Shown: positions 1 through 11,726, numbered from the stretch's first letter. The stretch: 35,467 nucleotides of DNA from an uncultured Thermotogae bacterium (GCA_964654805.1 CAZZJU010000002.1:1-35467); one strand, 5' to 3'. The notes: generated from the letters alone by a model not told the origin. A program made the numbers and translations.

Positions 1-3000
1 ACGGGGATCAGATGGCGGTGCACCTCCCGCTTTCTCCAGAAGCGATCAAAGAAGCGCGCGAGCTAATGGCCGCGCCGCGTAACATCCTCTCCCCGGCGAA
101 TGGGGAACCACTGAGCATTCCCACCCAGGATCCGATCTTCGCTTACTATTACCTCACCCTGCTCGATGAGGAGGCCAAAGGAGCGGGGAAGGTGTTCCGC
201 GATATTGATGAAGCGAAAAGAGCCTACGAAGAGGGATATCTTGACCTGCACGCTCCGGTGAAGATCCGTATCGATGGAAAGATCATCGACACGACTCTGG
301 GACGTGCAGAGTTAAATCAATTCCTTCCTCCTGAAATCCGGGACTACGGCAAGGTATTCGACCGCCGGGTAGTTAAGAAGCTCCTCACCGAGTGCTACGA
401 CCGGTTCGGTTGGGAACGTACTGCCGAACTTCTCGATAGCTTGAAGGAGTTAGGATTCAAGTACGCCACCCAAGCCGGGCTCACAATCTCCATCAAGGAC
501 TGTCTGATTCCTCCGGAGAAGGATGCGATCATCAAACGTTCTTATGCTGTGGTACGAAGGATCAACAAGATGTACGAGCTTGGGCTTGCCACTGAGGAAG
601 AGCGCAAAGCCGCGGTAATCCGAATCTGGCGACGGACAGTCGACGAAGTTGAGCGGGCGACAATGGAGAACCTACGTAAGCACAAGTACAACCCGGTATA
701 TGGAATGGTCACGTCCGGGGCGCGGGGAGGACCGGATCAGGTCAAACAGCTCTCCGGGATGCGCGGCCCGATGGCCGGTCCGTCTGGTGAGATTATCGAA
801 ATGCCGGTCATCTCTAATTTCCGTGAGGGATTGGATATGATGGAGTATTTCATCTCCACCCACGGCGGACGGAAAGGGGCAGCGGACACAGCGCTCAAGA
901 CCGCCGATTCCGGTTACCTCACCCGTCGATTGGTTGATGCCGCCTCTGATACGATCATCAAGGAGATCGACTGCGGAACTGCGCAAGGGGTGGATATCGA
1001 TCCATTACGGTTCAGCCAATATGAGGTCATGGAAACGATTGAAGAGCGGATATACGGCCGCGTAGCGAGCCAACCGGTCATCGATCCGGGGACCGGGGAA
1101 GTGCTCGTCGAGGCAAACCAATGGATCACCCGGGAGATGGCGGCTCATATCGGGAGACTCCAGGTCACTCTTCCTGTTGGGGATAAGTCCGAGGATGAGC
1201 GTTTGATCGGCACGAAGAGTGTGGAGGAGGTGCACGATCCAAAGACGGGGCAGGTCCTAATCAAGCAGGATGAGCTCCTTACTCCGCAACTTCTCGATCT
1301 TCTGCGGTCAGCGGGAATCAAGGAGATCAAGGTGCGGCCGCGGATCGTTATCCGCTCGCCGATGACGTGCGAGACCAGGGGGGGAGTCTGCCAACTATGT
1401 TACGGCTATGACATGAGTAACCATCGTCCGGTGCAGCTTGGGACAGCGGTGGGGGTAATCGCGGCTCAGTCAGTGGGAGAGCCGGGCACCCAGCTCACAA
1501 TGAGAACTTTCCACACTGGAGGAGTTGCTGGAGAAGACATCACCCAAGGGTTGCCCCGCGCTGAGGAACTGTTCGAAGCACGTAAGACGATGAAAAGCGG
1601 TCAGGCCGGAATATCCCCACTAGACGGACACGTGACCGCCATCATTCCTACGCAGGCAGGACGGGACCGGATCGAGATTACAAGCGAAGCTCGCACTTTG
1701 CTGCTTCCTTCTGCTTTGTGTAAGGCGGAACCGGAAGAAGAGATCGGAAGTGTAGAAGAACTGCTCGATGCGGGAAGTCCGTGTGCCGGTGAGGTCTATA
1801 TATTACGAAACAACGATCAGGAAGAGGTATTTGTCATCGATACCGCTTCCGGTGACCGTGCTTATCCGCTTCCGCCCAACGCTGTTCCCTGCGTTAAGGA
1901 CGGAGACAGGGTGAAAGAGGGAGATCCGCTCACAGAACGGTTCAATATCGAACCGATCGTTGCGGAGAAAGACGGGACAATTCAGGTTCCGGAGGATAAA
2001 TCTCGCGTATTCGAACTTGTTACAGAGGACGGTGAAACCTTCACTTACGAGATCCCTTATGGAGCGCGGATGCTCGTTGAGCCGGGGACGAAAGTGAAGG
2101 AAGGGGAACCACTTACGTCCCGTTCCAAACCGATTTTCATCGCCGCTGAGGCGGAAGGAACAGTGCTTCTCATCCCGGGACGGATCATCGTCTACAACCC
2201 GGAGGGAAGGGCGCTTCGTTTCCCTCTTACTCCGGACATCTCTCCGAATAAGGGCAACGGAGAGAAGGTACGGGAAGGAGAGCCGCTAGTGCGCCTTGAG
2301 GTGGAGCATGTTGGCAGTGCCGTAGTGGATCGGGTGGAAGACGAAGGGGACGTCACCCGTGTTTACCTGCGCTACAAGAGCGTTGTGGAAACCGATCAGG
2401 CGGTCACGGTTCATGTCGGAGACAAGGTGAAGAAGGGTGACCTCCTGACTAAGGGAGTTGTTGCTCCGCACACCCTACTCGATTCTGCAGGGGTGAACAA
2501 GACGCGTGAATACCTGCTCACTGAAATTCACAAGGTGTACAAAGCGCAGGGAGTGGACATAAACGATAAGCACCTGGAGGTCATCATCCGCCAGATCCTC
2601 AATAACGTTCGGATTGTGGAGCGCGGGGATTCCAAATTCCTGCTTGGGGACCTCGTACCGCTCGAGGAATTTCAGGACGAAGTGAGTAAATTAGCGCAGT
2701 GGAACAGTCGCGCCAGGCAATTACAGAAAGAGGCTATTGGAGCAGAAATCGCGGAAGATATCGCATCTAAAGGACATTTGATCGCTCAAGCCGGCACTCA
2801 GTTAACCAAGGAAATCTTGCACGCTGCGGATCGAGCCGGAGTGGAGGTAATCCGTGTACGGCAGGGAGAGGAGATTATTGAGGTGCCGGTGCGGGAAAAG
2901 CAACTACCGCTCGGAGAGCGTGAGTTACTGCGGATCTCCAAGGCGGCCCTGCAGACGAAGGGGTGGCTCTCCGCCGCTTCGTTCCAACGGACGACGAAAG

Positions 3001-3179
3001 TTCTTGCCGAAGCAGCTCTGCGTGGGGAGACGGATGAGCTAGAGGGGCTCAAACCGAGCATCATTGTGGGGAAACGCATCCCGGCAGGGACGGGGTTCCC
3101 CTTGGCAGCAAAGACAGACCAGGCCGTAGAAACGGCTGGAGCAGCTCCGGATGAACCCTTGACAGAGACCGTGGACTGA
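1..3179 (+). CDS. rpoC: DNA-directed RNA polymerase subunit beta-prime, 5'-truncated by the window edge
   Basis: Frame 3 is open from the window edge. nt 3-35 read [11 protein letters not shown], the end of the universal catalytic NADFDGDQMAVH motif. Also present: [31 protein letters not shown], trigger loop [32 protein letters not shown], and C-terminal [21 protein letters not shown]. Stop TGA at 3177-3179. Confidence 0.98.
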   Translation, partial: GDQMAVHLPLSPEAIKEARELMAAPRNILSPANGEPLSIPTQDPIFAYYYLTLLDEEAKGAGKVFRDIDEAKRAYEEGYLDLHAPVKIRIDGKIIDTTLGRAELNQFLPPEIRDYGKVFDRRVVKKLLTECYDRFGWERTAELLDSLKELGFKYATQAGLTISIKDCLIPPEKDAIIKRSYAVVRRINKMYELGLATEEERKAAVIRIWRRTVDEVERATMENLRKHKYNPVYGMVTSGARGGPDQVKQLSGMRGPMAGPSGEIIEMPVISNFREGLDMMEYFISTHGGRKGAADTALKTADSGYLTRRLVDAASDTIIKEIDCGTAQGVDIDPLRFSQYEVMETIEERIYGRVASQPVIDPGTGEVLVEANQWITREMAAHIGRLQVTLPVGDKSEDERLIGTKSVEEVHDPKTGQVLIKQDELLTPQLLDLLRSAGIKEIKVRPRIVIRSPMTCETRGGVCQLCYGYDMSNHRPVQLGTAVGVIAAQSVGEPGTQLTMRTFHTGGVAGEDITQGLPRAEELFEARKTMKSGQAGISPLDGHVTAIIPTQAGRDRIEITSEARTLLLPSALCKAEPEEEIGSVEELLDAGSPCAGEVYILRNNDQEEVFVIDTASGDRAYPLPPNAVPCVKDGDRVKEGDPLTERFNIEPIVAEKDGTIQVPEDKSRVFELVTEDGETFTYEIPYGARMLVEPGTKVKEGEPLTSRSKPIFIAAEAEGTVLLIPGRIIVYNPEGRALRFPLTPDISPNKGNGEKVREGEPLVRLEVEHVGSAVVDRVEDEGDVTRVYLRYKSVVETDQAVTVHVGDKVKKGDLLTKGVVAPHTLLDSAGVNKTREYLLTEIHKVYKAQGVDINDKHLEVIIRQILNNVRIVERGDSKFLLGDLVPLEEFQDEVSKLAQWNSRARQLQKEAIGAEIAEDIASKGHLIAQAGTQLTKEILHAADRAGVEVIRVRQGEEIIEVPVREKQLPLGERELLRISKAALQTKGWLSAASFQRTTKVLAEAALRGETDELEGLKPSIIVGKRIPAGTGFPLAAKTDQAVETAGAAPDEPLTETVD

Positions 3180-3211
3180 CCTAAAATTCACGCCAAATTT
3201 GGAGAGTGATT

Positions 3212-3583
3212 ATGCCGACTATTAACCAGCTTATCCGATTGGGAAGGAAACCGAAGGGGAAGAAGAGCAAGGCTCCGGCGCTTTCTTCCTGCCCGCAGCG
3301 GCGGGGAGTGTGCACGCGCGTTTACACACGTACGCCGAAGAAACCTAACTCGGCGTTGCGAAAGGTGGCACGCGTTCGCCTGAGCAACGGTAAAGAAGTT
3401 ACGGCCTACATCGGTGGTGAAGGGCACAACCTGCAAGAGCACTCGATGGTTCTGGTGCGTGGTGGACGTGTTAAGGACCTACCTGGAGTCCGTTACCACA
3501 TAATCCGGGGGACGATGGATGCCGAGGGTGTGGAAGGGCGCCGGCAGGGACGGTCTAAGTACGGAACCAAGAAGGGGAGCTAG
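3212..3583 (+). CDS. rpsL: 30S ribosomal protein S12
   Basis: [75 protein letters not shown] is the S12 signature. ATG 3212 lies 5 nt after SD GGAGAG (3201-3206) and is preferred over the in-frame GTG 3206 used by the ORF track. Confidence 0.97.
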   Translation: MPTINQLIRLGRKPKGKKSKAPALSSCPQRRGVCTRVYTRTPKKPNSALRKVARVRLSNGKEVTAYIGGEGHNLQEHSMVLVRGGRVKDLPGVRYHIIRGTMDAEGVEGRRQGRSKYGTKKGS

Positions 3584-3594
3584 GAGGGTAGGTA

Positions 3595-4053
3595 ATGCAG
3601 ATACCAGGCCGCGATGTAAAGCCGGACATAAAATACAACAGCAAGCTTCTGTCTAAACTGATCAACTACGTGATGCTCGACGGCAAAAAGTCTGTTGCCG
3701 AGAGGATCGTTTACGAGGCACTCGAGCGGATCGAAAAACAGAGCGACACCCCTCCGCTCGAGGTGGTGAATACCGCGGTCGCCAACTGTTCCCCCCGCCT
3801 TGAGGTACGCACCCGCCGTGTTGGAGGTGCCAACTACCAAGTGCCGTACGAAGTTCCGCCTGACCGTCAAACGGCGCTCGCTCTGCGCTGGATTGTAAGG
3901 GCGGCGCGCGAACGCGGTGAGCACACGATGGCCGAGCGGCTCGCTGCCGAGATTATCAGTGCGGCGAACAAAGAGGGTAAAGCGTACGGAAAGCGTCTTG
4001 AGGCCCACCGGATGGCCGAGGCTAACCGTGCCTTCGCCCACTATCGCTGGTAG
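3595..4053 (+). CDS. rpsG: 30S ribosomal protein S7
   Basis: [33 protein letters not shown] and C-terminal [10 protein letters not shown]. Canonical position after rpsL. Confidence 0.97.
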   Translation: MQIPGRDVKPDIKYNSKLLSKLINYVMLDGKKSVAERIVYEALERIEKQSDTPPLEVVNTAVANCSPRLEVRTRRVGGANYQVPYEVPPDRQTALALRWIVRAARERGEHTMAERLAAEIISAANKEGKAYGKRLEAHRMAEANRAFAHYRW

Positions 4054-4068
4054 TCCGTTCTTCCGGTC

Positions 4069-6147
4069 ATGTCCGGCGCCGATGATAATGTGGGCTTGGA
4101 AAAGGTCCGCAATATTGGGATTATAGCTCACATCGACGCCGGCAAGACAACAACGACCGAACGTATCCTCTATTACACCGGTCGCACCCACAAAATGGGT
4201 GAGGTGCATGAAGGGGATACGGAAATGGACTGGATGCGGCAGGAGCGGGAACGGGGGATTACTATTACCTCCGCTGCCACTACCTGTCCGTGGAAGGGCC
4301 ATCGGATAAACATCATCGATACCCCGGGGCACGTCGACTTCACCGCCGAGGTAGAACGCTCATTGCGTGTTCTCGACGGTGGAGTCGTTATCTTTTCCGG
4401 GGTGGAGATGGTGGAATCGCAATCGGAGGCGGTTTGGCGCCAGGCCGATCGTTACAATATCCCTCGCATCGCGTTCGTTAATAAGCTCGACCGAGTGGAA
4501 TCTGACTACTTGGGAACCCTTACCATGATCGAGGAACGCCTCGACGGACGTGTGGTCCCGCTCCAGATACCATACCGCGATGAGAATCGCCGATTAGTAG
4601 GAATGGTTGATCTGATCGCGGAAAAGCTCATAGTGTGGGACCAAGAGACCAAAGGAAAGGAGTTCAAGCTCCTCCCGGTGCCGGATGACATTAAGGACGA
4701 CGTTGCTCAATACCGAGAACGGGCAATCGAGCGGGTAGCAGAGTTTGATGACCGGGTGATGGAGCTGTATCTGGAGACCGGTGAAGTCGATCCCGACACG
4801 TTTCACACCGGGTTGCGGCGGGGATGCATTCACCATCGGTTAATCCCAGTCCTCGGAGGGGCGGCGTTCCAGAATCAGGGTGTTCAACCGCTGCTCGATG
4901 CTATCGTGCGCTATCTTCCTTCGCCAGTTGACATCCCACCGGTAGAAGGAGTTAACGGGGAAGGATCCCGCCGCGCCGATCCGAATGAGTTGCTTGCCGC
5001 GCTCGCGTTCAAGGTAGTCACCGATCGCTATGCTGGCAGGCTGGTATTTATCAGGGTCTATTCCGGAACGGTCAAGGTTGGAGATATGGTACTTAACTCC
5101 ACTACGGGCAAAAAACTGCGCCTCACCAAAATTTTCCGCATGCACGCTGACAAGCGGACACCGCTTGATGCGGCTACTGCTGGGGATATTGTAGCGGTTG
5201 TCGGTTCGGGCCCTCTCAACACCGGCGATACATTATGCGATCCGAAGGCACCGATTTTACTCGAGCAGATCCAATTTCCCGAGCCGGTTGTGTTCGTGGC
5301 GGTGGAGCCACGCACTGAAGCTGAGCAGGATGCTCTGGATGAGGGACTGCGCAAGCTTGCGGCTGAGGATCCTACATTTAGGGTGTCGGTCGATGAAACG
5401 ACCAACCAGACGATTATCGCTGGAATGGGAGAGCTCCATCTGGAGGTGCTCATCCGCCGGTTGCGCGAGGAGCTGGGAGTGCAAGCCCTGGTTGGCCCTC
5501 CTCAGGTTGCTTATCGCGAGACTCTACGAGAGCCGATTGAGGTGGAAGAGAAATTCGAGCGGCAAGCTGCGGGACGTGGCCAATATGCACACGTAGTCAT
5601 TCAGTTCGAGCCGCTTCCCCGTGGAAGCGGTTTCCGCTTTACAGATGCGATAAAACAAGACGAGATTCCAAAAGAATATCGAGCGATCGTGGGGAAAACG
5701 TTGCAGGAGACGTTGACAAACGGCCCCCTTGCCGGTTATCCTTTGGTGGATATCGGGGCCACCTTGATTGGTGGATCCTTTCACCCGGTTGATTCCTCGG
5801 AGCTGGCCTTTCGCGCGGCTGCTGCCGGTGCACTCCATAAGGCTTATGAGGAGGGGGTTTTTGACCTTCTCGAGCCGATTATGGAGGGGGAGGTCATCAC
5901 TCCCGGGGAATATTTGGGTGAAGTATTAGAGGATCTTTCGCGCCGGCGCGGGGAGATCCGTGAACTTAAGTCGCGGGGGACGGTGCAGATCATCTTCGTT
6001 GCCGTCCCGTTGGCTGAGACTTTCGGGTACGCGACGCAGTTGCGTTCGCTCACCCAAGGGAGGGCCACTTACACCCTGCGGGTGGCGCGATATGAGGTTG
6101 TGCCGGAGAGGTTAAAGGAAGAAATCATAAGACGTAGAGGTTATTAG
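4069..6147 (+). CDS. fusA: Elongation factor G
   Basis: 692 aa. GTPase motifs AHIDAGKTT (G1), DTPGHVDF (G3) and NKLD (G4). Full five-domain length. Position after rpsG. Confidence 0.97.
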   Translation: MSGADDNVGLEKVRNIGIIAHIDAGKTTTTERILYYTGRTHKMGEVHEGDTEMDWMRQERERGITITSAATTCPWKGHRINIIDTPGHVDFTAEVERSLRVLDGGVVIFSGVEMVESQSEAVWRQADRYNIPRIAFVNKLDRVESDYLGTLTMIEERLDGRVVPLQIPYRDENRRLVGMVDLIAEKLIVWDQETKGKEFKLLPVPDDIKDDVAQYRERAIERVAEFDDRVMELYLETGEVDPDTFHTGLRRGCIHHRLIPVLGGAAFQNQGVQPLLDAIVRYLPSPVDIPPVEGVNGEGSRRADPNELLAALAFKVVTDRYAGRLVFIRVYSGTVKVGDMVLNSTTGKKLRLTKIFRMHADKRTPLDAATAGDIVAVVGSGPLNTGDTLCDPKAPILLEQIQFPEPVVFVAVEPRTEAEQDALDEGLRKLAAEDPTFRVSVDETTNQTIIAGMGELHLEVLIRRLREELGVQALVGPPQVAYRETLREPIEVEEKFERQAAGRGQYAHVVIQFEPLPRGSGFRFTDAIKQDEIPKEYRAIVGKTLQETLTNGPLAGYPLVDIGATLIGGSFHPVDSSELAFRAAAAGALHKAYEEGVFDLLEPIMEGEVITPGEYLGEVLEDLSRRRGEIRELKSRGTVQIIFVAVPLAETFGYATQLRSLTQGRATYTLRVARYEVVPERLKEEIIRRRGY

Positions 6148-6149
6148 CC

Positions 6150-6458
6150 ATGGCGAGAGAGAAGATCAGAATTAAGCTGCGGGGCTATGATCACGAGCTG
6201 GTGGACAGTTCCGTCCGCAAGATTGTGGAGGCAGCGAAGGAGACACGGGCTAAGATAGCGGGGCCGATCCCCCTTCCGACGAGGCGGCGGATCTATACGG
6301 TACTGCGTTCCCCGCATATCGACAAGCGGTCGATGGAGCACTTCGAGCGGAAGATTCACACCCGCTTGCTCGATATAAAAGAGCCGACCTCGGAGACGAT
6401 CAACGCCCTGATGGATATCGAACTTCCTACGGGGATCGATATCGAGATCAAGCTATAG
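6150..6458 (+). CDS. rpsJ: 30S ribosomal protein S10
   Basis: [39 protein letters not shown]; 102 aa. Starts 2 nt after the fusA stop. Confidence 0.97.
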   Translation: MAREKIRIKLRGYDHELVDSSVRKIVEAAKETRAKIAGPIPLPTRRRIYTVLRSPHIDKRSMEHFERKIHTRLLDIKEPTSETINALMDIELPTGIDIEIKL

Positions 6459-6477
6459 ACGACGGAGGTTCATGAGG

Positions 6478-7101
6478 ATGGCTCTAGGAATCTTAGCGCG
6501 AAAAATTGGAATGACGCAGGTCTTCGTTGATGACCGCGCCGTGGGGGCGACGGTAGTTGTGGCTCCACCGTGCACGGTGGTTAGGGTAAAAACCGTGGAG
6601 ACGGACGGGTACAATGCCCTTCAACTTGGTTACGAGGAAGTGCCGGAGCGTAAAGTTACGAAACCGATGCTCGGGCATTTCAAGAAGGCCGGAGTGCCTC
6701 CCCACCGGCATCTATTTGAGGTGCGTGTGGACGACCCCGAATCCTACAACGTAGGGGATAAAATCGGGGTCGATCTATTTGAGGAAGGGGAAAAAATCGA
6801 TGTTACCGGAACTTCACGCGGACTCGGTTTTCAGGGCGTTATGAAGCGTTGGAACTTTGCTGGTGGGCCGAAGACACATGGGTCCAATTTTCATCGTCGT
6901 CCCGGATCGGTAGGGCAGTGCGTGGAGCCCGGTCGAGTGGTTAAAGGGCGGAAACTACCGGGGCATGCAGGGGGCAAACAAATTACGGTAAAGGGATTGC
7001 GGGTACTCAAGGTCGATCCGGAGAAGAACCTGATCGTGTTACTCGGCTCGACTCCGGGTGCTCGTGGAACGTTGCTTAAGTTGAGGAAGAGCCATGGTTG
7101 A
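6478..7101 (+). CDS. rplC: 50S ribosomal protein L3
   Basis: KIGMTQVF..., GTSRGLGFQGVMKRWNFAGGPKTHGS.FHRRPGSVG. ATG 6478 lies 9 nt after SD GGAGG (6464-6468). The ORF-track ATG 6472 is only 3 nt from the SD. Confidence 0.95.
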   Translation: MALGILARKIGMTQVFVDDRAVGATVVVAPPCTVVRVKTVETDGYNALQLGYEEVPERKVTKPMLGHFKKAGVPPHRHLFEVRVDDPESYNVGDKIGVDLFEEGEKIDVTGTSRGLGFQGVMKRWNFAGGPKTHGSNFHRRPGSVGQCVEPGRVVKGRKLPGHAGGKQITVKGLRVLKVDPEKNLIVLLGSTPGARGTLLKLRKSHG

Positions 7102-7726
7102 AGCGAAACTTTATTCATTTGACGACAAGGAAGCCGAGCCGAAGACCGTCGAACTCGATGAAAACATTTTCGCCGCACCGGTAAACACCGATCTCCTCTA
7201 TCGCACGGTGCGCATGCAGCTTTTGAACCGGCGGCAGGGAACTCATTCCACCAAAACACGCGGTGAAGCGCGTGGAGGAGGACGTAAACCGTGGCGACAG
7301 AAGGGAACCGGCCGAGCGCGGGCTGGATCGCGTCGTTCTCCGCTTTGGGTGGGCGGTGGAACGGTCTTCGGACCGAAACCGAGGTCTTATGAGATTAAGC
7401 TCCCCAAGAAAATGCGTAAGCGCGCTCTCGCCTCTGCCCTGTCCGACCGGGCAGGTTCCGGAAAGATTGTCCTCGTCGATCGAGCTGGATTCACCGAGCC
7501 GAAGACGAAAAGGGCGATCGAACTCCTCAACCGGCTGGGAATGGTGACATCTACCCTGGTGGTTGTGTCCAGGGAAGAGTATAATCTTCCGGTCAAGAAG
7601 TCCTTCTCTAACATCCCGCAGGTGAAATGCCTGGCGACTCCGGGATTGAATGTGTACGACATTCTACGTCATGAAGGGCTTGTTTTGACATTGGGAGCAC
7701 TTGAAGAGTTAAAAACGAGGTTCTGA
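7094..7726 (+). CDS. rplD: 50S ribosomal protein L4
   Basis: [48 protein letters not shown]. 8-nt overlap with rplC. Confidence 0.97.
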   Translation: MVEAKLYSFDDKEAEPKTVELDENIFAAPVNTDLLYRTVRMQLLNRRQGTHSTKTRGEARGGGRKPWRQKGTGRARAGSRRSPLWVGGGTVFGPKPRSYEIKLPKKMRKRALASALSDRAGSGKIVLVDRAGFTEPKTKRAIELLNRLGMVTSTLVVVSREEYNLPVKKSFSNIPQVKCLATPGLNVYDILRHEGLVLTLGALEELKTRF

Positions 7727-7728
7727 GA

Positions 7729-8028
7729 ATGGCTAAACTGAGACATGCTGAAGATATTATCCTCGCGCCGCTTCTCACCGAGGAGACCTGGGCCAAGATG
7801 GCGGAGAACAAGTACGCGTTCCGCGTGGCCTTGGGGGCGAATAAAGTCCAAATTCGTAAAGCGGTCGAGGAACTGTTCAAGGTCAAGGTGGAGAAGGTGT
7901 GGACGGCGAATATGCCGGGCAAACCGCGCCGGGAACGGATGAATCAGCTACACGGGCGGACTGCCCGCTGGCGTAAGGCGATTGTCCGTCTTGCTCCCGG
8001 TGACCGGATCGACGTGATGGGAGGATAA
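7729..8028 (+). CDS. rplW: 50S ribosomal protein L23
   Basis: [37 protein letters not shown]; 99 aa; S10-operon order. Confidence 0.96.
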   Translation: MAKLRHAEDIILAPLLTEETWAKMAENKYAFRVALGANKVQIRKAVEELFKVKVEKVWTANMPGKPRRERMNQLHGRTARWRKAIVRLAPGDRIDVMGG

Positions 8029-8033
8029 CGGAA

Positions 8034-8870
8034 ATGGCGCTCAAGAGATTTAAGCCGACTTCACCCGGGCTTCGCCACGCCGAATGGCCGGATTACTCCG
8101 AGTTAACGGAAGTCAAGCCGGAGAAAAGCCTGCTGCGGCCGTTGCCCAAGAAAGGGGGACGGAACAACCAGGGAAGAATCACTTCTCGGTTCCGGGGTGG
8201 CGGTCATAAAAGGATGTATCGGGTGATCGATTTTGCGCGCGATAAAGAAGGAATACCAGCGCGTGTTGCAACACGCGAGTATGACCCTAACCGCTCTGCA
8301 TGGATCACCCTGCTCCATTACGCTGATGGGGAAAAGCGATACATCCTCTCACCGATGGCGCTTGAAATCGGGTCGATCGTGGAGGCGGGCGAGAATGCTG
8401 AGGTGAGAGTGGGCAATGCGATGCCCATTCGGCGGATCCCTCTTGGAGCGACCATCCATAACTTAGAACTGACACCGGGTAGTGGGGGAAAAGTGGCGCG
8501 TGCTGCCGGTACCTCGGCTAAGCTGATCGGGAAAGAAGGCGGCAGAGCGCATATCCGTATGCCTTCGGGGGAAGTGAGGATATTCAGCGTTGAATGCCGC
8601 GCTACGATCGGTGCGGTGGGTAATCCCGATCACAAAAACGTCAAGCACGGTAAAGCCGGGCGTGTGCGTCATCTTGGGCGCAAGCCTCACGTGCGTGGAG
8701 TAGCGATGAACCCGGTTGATCATCCGCACGGCGGGGGTGAAGGACGGGCCCGGGTCGGCCGTCCTCAGGTTTCCCCGACCGGTAAACTGGCCAAGGGTGG
8801 GCGGACGCGTAAGAAGCGCAAGGCGTCGAGTGCCCTGATCGTCCGGCGCGCGGGTAAGGGGAGGAGATAA
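8034..8870 (+). CDS. rplB: 50S ribosomal protein L2
   Basis: [40 protein letters not shown]; 278 aa. Confidence 0.98.
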   Translation: MALKRFKPTSPGLRHAEWPDYSELTEVKPEKSLLRPLPKKGGRNNQGRITSRFRGGGHKRMYRVIDFARDKEGIPARVATREYDPNRSAWITLLHYADGEKRYILSPMALEIGSIVEAGENAEVRVGNAMPIRRIPLGATIHNLELTPGSGGKVARAAGTSAKLIGKEGGRAHIRMPSGEVRIFSVECRATIGAVGNPDHKNVKHGKAGRVRHLGRKPHVRGVAMNPVDHPHGGGEGRARVGRPQVSPTGKLAKGGRTRKKRKASSALIVRRAGKGRR

Positions 8871-8871
8871 G

Positions 8872-9156
8872 ATGCCTAGATCTACTAAGAAGGGTCCTTA
8901 CGTGAAGGAGAGCCTGCTCAAGAAAGTGCAGCGGGCCAAACGCGGAGAGCTCAAGGAGATTAAGACATGGTCGCGGGCCTCGATGATCACCCCGGAGATG
9001 GTCGGGTTGACGATCAAGGTTCACAACGGGAAGGTGCATGTCCCGGTGTATATCGTGGAGAACATGGTCGGGCACAAACTGGGTGAGTTTGCTCCCACCC
9101 GCACCTTCCGCGGCCATGGTGGAATGAAGAAGAAGCGGGCCCCGAGCCTGACTTAG
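8872..9156 (+). CDS. rpsS: 30S ribosomal protein S19
   Basis: [10 protein letters not shown].., [32 protein letters not shown]. Confidence 0.97.
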   Translation: MPRSTKKGPYVKESLLKKVQRAKRGELKEIKTWSRASMITPEMVGLTIKVHNGKVHVPVYIVENMVGHKLGEFAPTRTFRGHGGMKKKRAPSLT

Positions 9157-9164
9157 GGGAGAAG

Positions 9165-9506
9165 ATGGAAGCAAGAGCTGTAACGAAATTTGTACGTATA
9201 TCTCCGCGTAAAGCGCGATTGGTGATCGATGCGATCCGGGGCAAAAACGTTAATGAGGCATTGGAAATCGTGTCGCTTTCCAACAAGAAAGCGGCACGGC
9301 CAATCCGGAAGACGCTAGAGTCGGCGATCGCTAACGCGGAGAATAACTATAACGTCGATGTTGACCAACTGGTCGTGGTTAAAGCCACTGTGGACATGGG
9401 GCGGTCGCTTCGGCGACTGCGGCCACGGGCGATGGGACGGGCCGACGTAATCCGTCACCGGTTGAGCCATATCACGATCGTGGTCGGCGATAAGAGGGAG
9501 GAATAA
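9165..9506 (+). CDS. rplV: 50S ribosomal protein L22
   Basis: [35 protein letters not shown], ..[22 protein letters not shown]. Confidence 0.97.
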   Translation: MEARAVTKFVRISPRKARLVIDAIRGKNVNEALEIVSLSNKKAARPIRKTLESAIANAENNYNVDVDQLVVVKATVDMGRSLRRLRPRAMGRADVIRHRLSHITIVVGDKREE

Positions 9507-10162
9507 TGGGGCAGAAGGTTCATCCGATAGGATTCAGAGTCGGGGTAACCCGCAAGTGGGTGTCCAATTGGTATAACCCCAAGCTTGCCCCGCAGTATAT
9601 CGCCGAGGATAAGAAGATCCGCGATCTGATCTCGTCGCGGTACCGCCGCGCTGCGGTCGCCGAGGTGAATATCGAGCGGCCGAAGGAAGATCGGGTGTCG
9701 ATCGTCATCCGCTCGGCGCGTCCGGGTATTCTAATCGGTCGTGGTGGAGCGGAGATACAAGGGTTGCAGATAGCGTTGGAAAAGCTCACCAAGAAGCGGG
9801 TGAAGATCTCGATTCAGGAGATCGAGCGGCCCGACCTGGAAGCAACGCTGGTGGCGCAGGACGTAGCGATGCAGATCGAAGCACGAATCGCTCCCGCACG
9901 GGCGATGAAAGAAGTGATCCGGCGAGTGATGGGGGCCGGGGCTGAAGGCGTGAAGATTAAGGTGAGTGGCCGACTCGGTGGGGCGGAGATCGCTCGTTCG
10001 ATAACGATGATGGAAGGTAGAGTCCCGCTTCAGACTATCCGTGCTGACATCGACTACGGGTTCACCGAAGCGCACACCAAGTACGGGAACATAGGCGTGA
10101 AGGCTTGGGTCTTCCGCGGTGAGCGCTCTCCCAGAGGGCTGCGAGAGGGTGAGGTGAGATAA
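9506..10162 (+). CDS. rpsC: 30S ribosomal protein S3
   Basis: [21 protein letters not shown]-domain [19 protein letters not shown]. 1-nt overlap with rplV. Confidence 0.97.
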   Translation: MGQKVHPIGFRVGVTRKWVSNWYNPKLAPQYIAEDKKIRDLISSRYRRAAVAEVNIERPKEDRVSIVIRSARPGILIGRGGAEIQGLQIALEKLTKKRVKISIQEIERPDLEATLVAQDVAMQIEARIAPARAMKEVIRRVMGAGAEGVKIKVSGRLGGAEIARSITMMEGRVPLQTIRADIDYGFTEAHTKYGNIGVKAWVFRGERSPRGLREGEVR

Positions 10163-10163
10163 G

Positions 10164-10595
10164 ATGCCGCTTCTTTTCCCGAAGAGAACTAAATACAGAA
10201 AGATGCACCGTGGGAGGATGAAGGGGAAGGCGACACGAGGGAATGAAGTTGTGTTCGGCGAGTATGGAATTCAGGCGCTGGCACCGGCATGGATAACCGG
10301 GCAGCAGATAGAAGCCTGCCGAACTACGATTGCCCGCAAGACCCACCGTGACGCAAAGATTTGGATCCGGATATTCCCGGATAAATCGATCACCAAACAT
10401 CCGGCGGAGGCCCGTATGGGTAAAGGTAAAGGAGCCGTCGATCATTGGGTAGCGGTAGTAAAACCGGGAACCGTCATGTTTGAAATCGCCGGTGTGGGAG
10501 AGGCTCAAGCAAAACGTCTTCATGAGCTTGTCAGTCACAAGCTTCCTATTCCCACCCGCTTGAAGCGTAAAACTACTTTGGGAGGAGAGGCATGA
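10164..10595 (+). CDS. rplP: 50S ribosomal protein L16
   Basis: [36 protein letters not shown], ..[19 protein letters not shown]. Confidence 0.97.
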   Translation: MPLLFPKRTKYRKMHRGRMKGKATRGNEVVFGEYGIQALAPAWITGQQIEACRTTIARKTHRDAKIWIRIFPDKSITKHPAEARMGKGKGAVDHWVAVVKPGTVMFEIAGVGEAQAKRLHELVSHKLPIPTRLKRKTTLGGEA

Positions 10596-10789
10596 AGGCG
10601 GAAGAACTGCGCGAGATGACGTTGGAAGAGCTGGAGCAGAAAGAGCGTGAGTTCAAGCGCAAGCTGTTCAACCTGCGGTTTCAGAAGGCGACCGGAGAGT
10701 TGGACAACACAGCAGAACTGAAGAAAACCCGGCGGGACATCGCGCGTGTCTTGACCATCGTGCGCGAAAAGCGGGGTGAGAAGAGATGA
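10592..10789 (+). CDS. rpmC: 50S ribosomal protein L29
   Basis: [33 protein letters not shown]; 65 aa. ATGA overlap with rplP. Confidence 0.95.
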   Translation: MKAEELREMTLEELEQKEREFKRKLFNLRFQKATGELDNTAELKKTRRDIARVLTIVREKRGEKR

Positions 10790-11031
10790 AAAAAGTAAAA
10801 ATCGGACGGGTTGTGAGCGACAAGATGGATAAGACCATTGTGGTGCGTGTGGAGGAACTGCGGCTGCATCCGCGGTACCGCAAGCACATTCGCCGCCATT
10901 TTAAGTTCTACGCACACGACCCTGCTGGAGCGGCCGGGATCGGGGATTTGGTGAAGATTGAGGAATCCCGTCCGCTGAGCCGGCTTAAGCGTTGGAGATT
11001 AGTGGAGATCATCGAGAAAGCGGAGGCGTAA
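10786..11031 (+). CDS. rpsQ: 30S ribosomal protein S17
   Basis: [17 protein letters not shown]...HPRYRK...[24 protein letters not shown]. Confidence 0.96.
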   Translation: MKKVKIGRVVSDKMDKTIVVRVEELRLHPRYRKHIRRHFKFYAHDPAGAAGIGDLVKIEESRPLSRLKRWRLVEIIEKAEA

Positions 11032-11033
11032 CC

Positions 11034-11402
11034 GTGATTCAGATGCAAACAATGCTCAAGGTGGCGGATAACTCCGGGGCGAAACAGGTGCGCTGCATCA
11101 ACATCCTCGGACCGTCGAACCGCCGCCGCGGCGAAATAGGAGATATCGTTGTTGGATCCGTGCGTAAGCGTCTGCCTACGAGCGACATCGAAAAAGGGCA
11201 GATCGTGCGTGGGGTGATCGTACGCACCCGCAGCCCGTATCGCCGTAAGGACGGAACGTACATCCGGTTTGATGACAACGCGATCGTGCTCATCAATAAC
11301 CAAGGGGAGCCGATTGGAACGCGGGTATTCGGTCCGGTGGCGCGGGAATTGCGTGATAAGAAGATGATGCGCATCATCTCACTCGCCCCTGAGGTTCTGT
11401 AA
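11034..11402 (+). CDS. rplN: 50S ribosomal protein L14
   Basis: A GTG 11034 start gives [23 protein letters not shown], 122 aa, the canonical L14 N-terminus and length. The ORF-track start 10992 would run through the end of rpsQ. Confidence 0.96.
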   Translation: MIQMQTMLKVADNSGAKQVRCINILGPSNRRRGEIGDIVVGSVRKRLPTSDIEKGQIVRGVIVRTRSPYRRKDGTYIRFDDNAIVLINNQGEPIGTRVFGPVARELRDKKMMRIISLAPEVL

Positions 11403-11413
11403 AGGAGGCCGCG

Positions 11414-11725
11414 ATGCGAAAGGTGCGTAAGGGAGACAGAGTGAAGGTGATCGCGGGGAACGACCGGGGTAAGATTGGCAAAGTGCTGGTTGTCTATCCC
11501 GATCGTCAGCGGATCATCGTAGAGAACGTGCATATGATCACCAAACACCAGCGCGCAACGGAGAAGCTGCGCGAACCAGGGATCATCCAGCGGGAAGGTC
11601 CGATACACATTTCCAACGTCCTTCCCATCTGTCCTGGTTGTGGGTTGCCTACGCGTGTTGGTTTTACTGTCGTGGAAGGCGAAAAGATGCGTCAGTGCAA
11701 GCACTGCGGGGAGATATTCAGATAA
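11414..11725 (+). CDS. rplX: 50S ribosomal protein L24 (Cys4 form)
   Basis: KOW motif VRKGDRVKVIAGNDRGKIGKVL; ..EGPIHISNV.P. C-terminal CPGC..x18..CKHC. Confidence 0.96.
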   Translation: MRKVRKGDRVKVIAGNDRGKIGKVLVVYPDRQRIIVENVHMITKHQRATEKLREPGIIQREGPIHISNVLPICPGCGLPTRVGFTVVEGEKMRQCKHCGEIFR

Positions 11726-11726
11726 G

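Noticed and set aside
3580-4332. 250-aa ORF on the - strand opposite rpsG/fusA
   Set aside because: It lies entirely antisense to two unambiguous conserved genes. The translation is Arg/Gly/Pro-rich with no recognisable motif, which fits a shadow ORF in G/C-rich third-position coding DNA.
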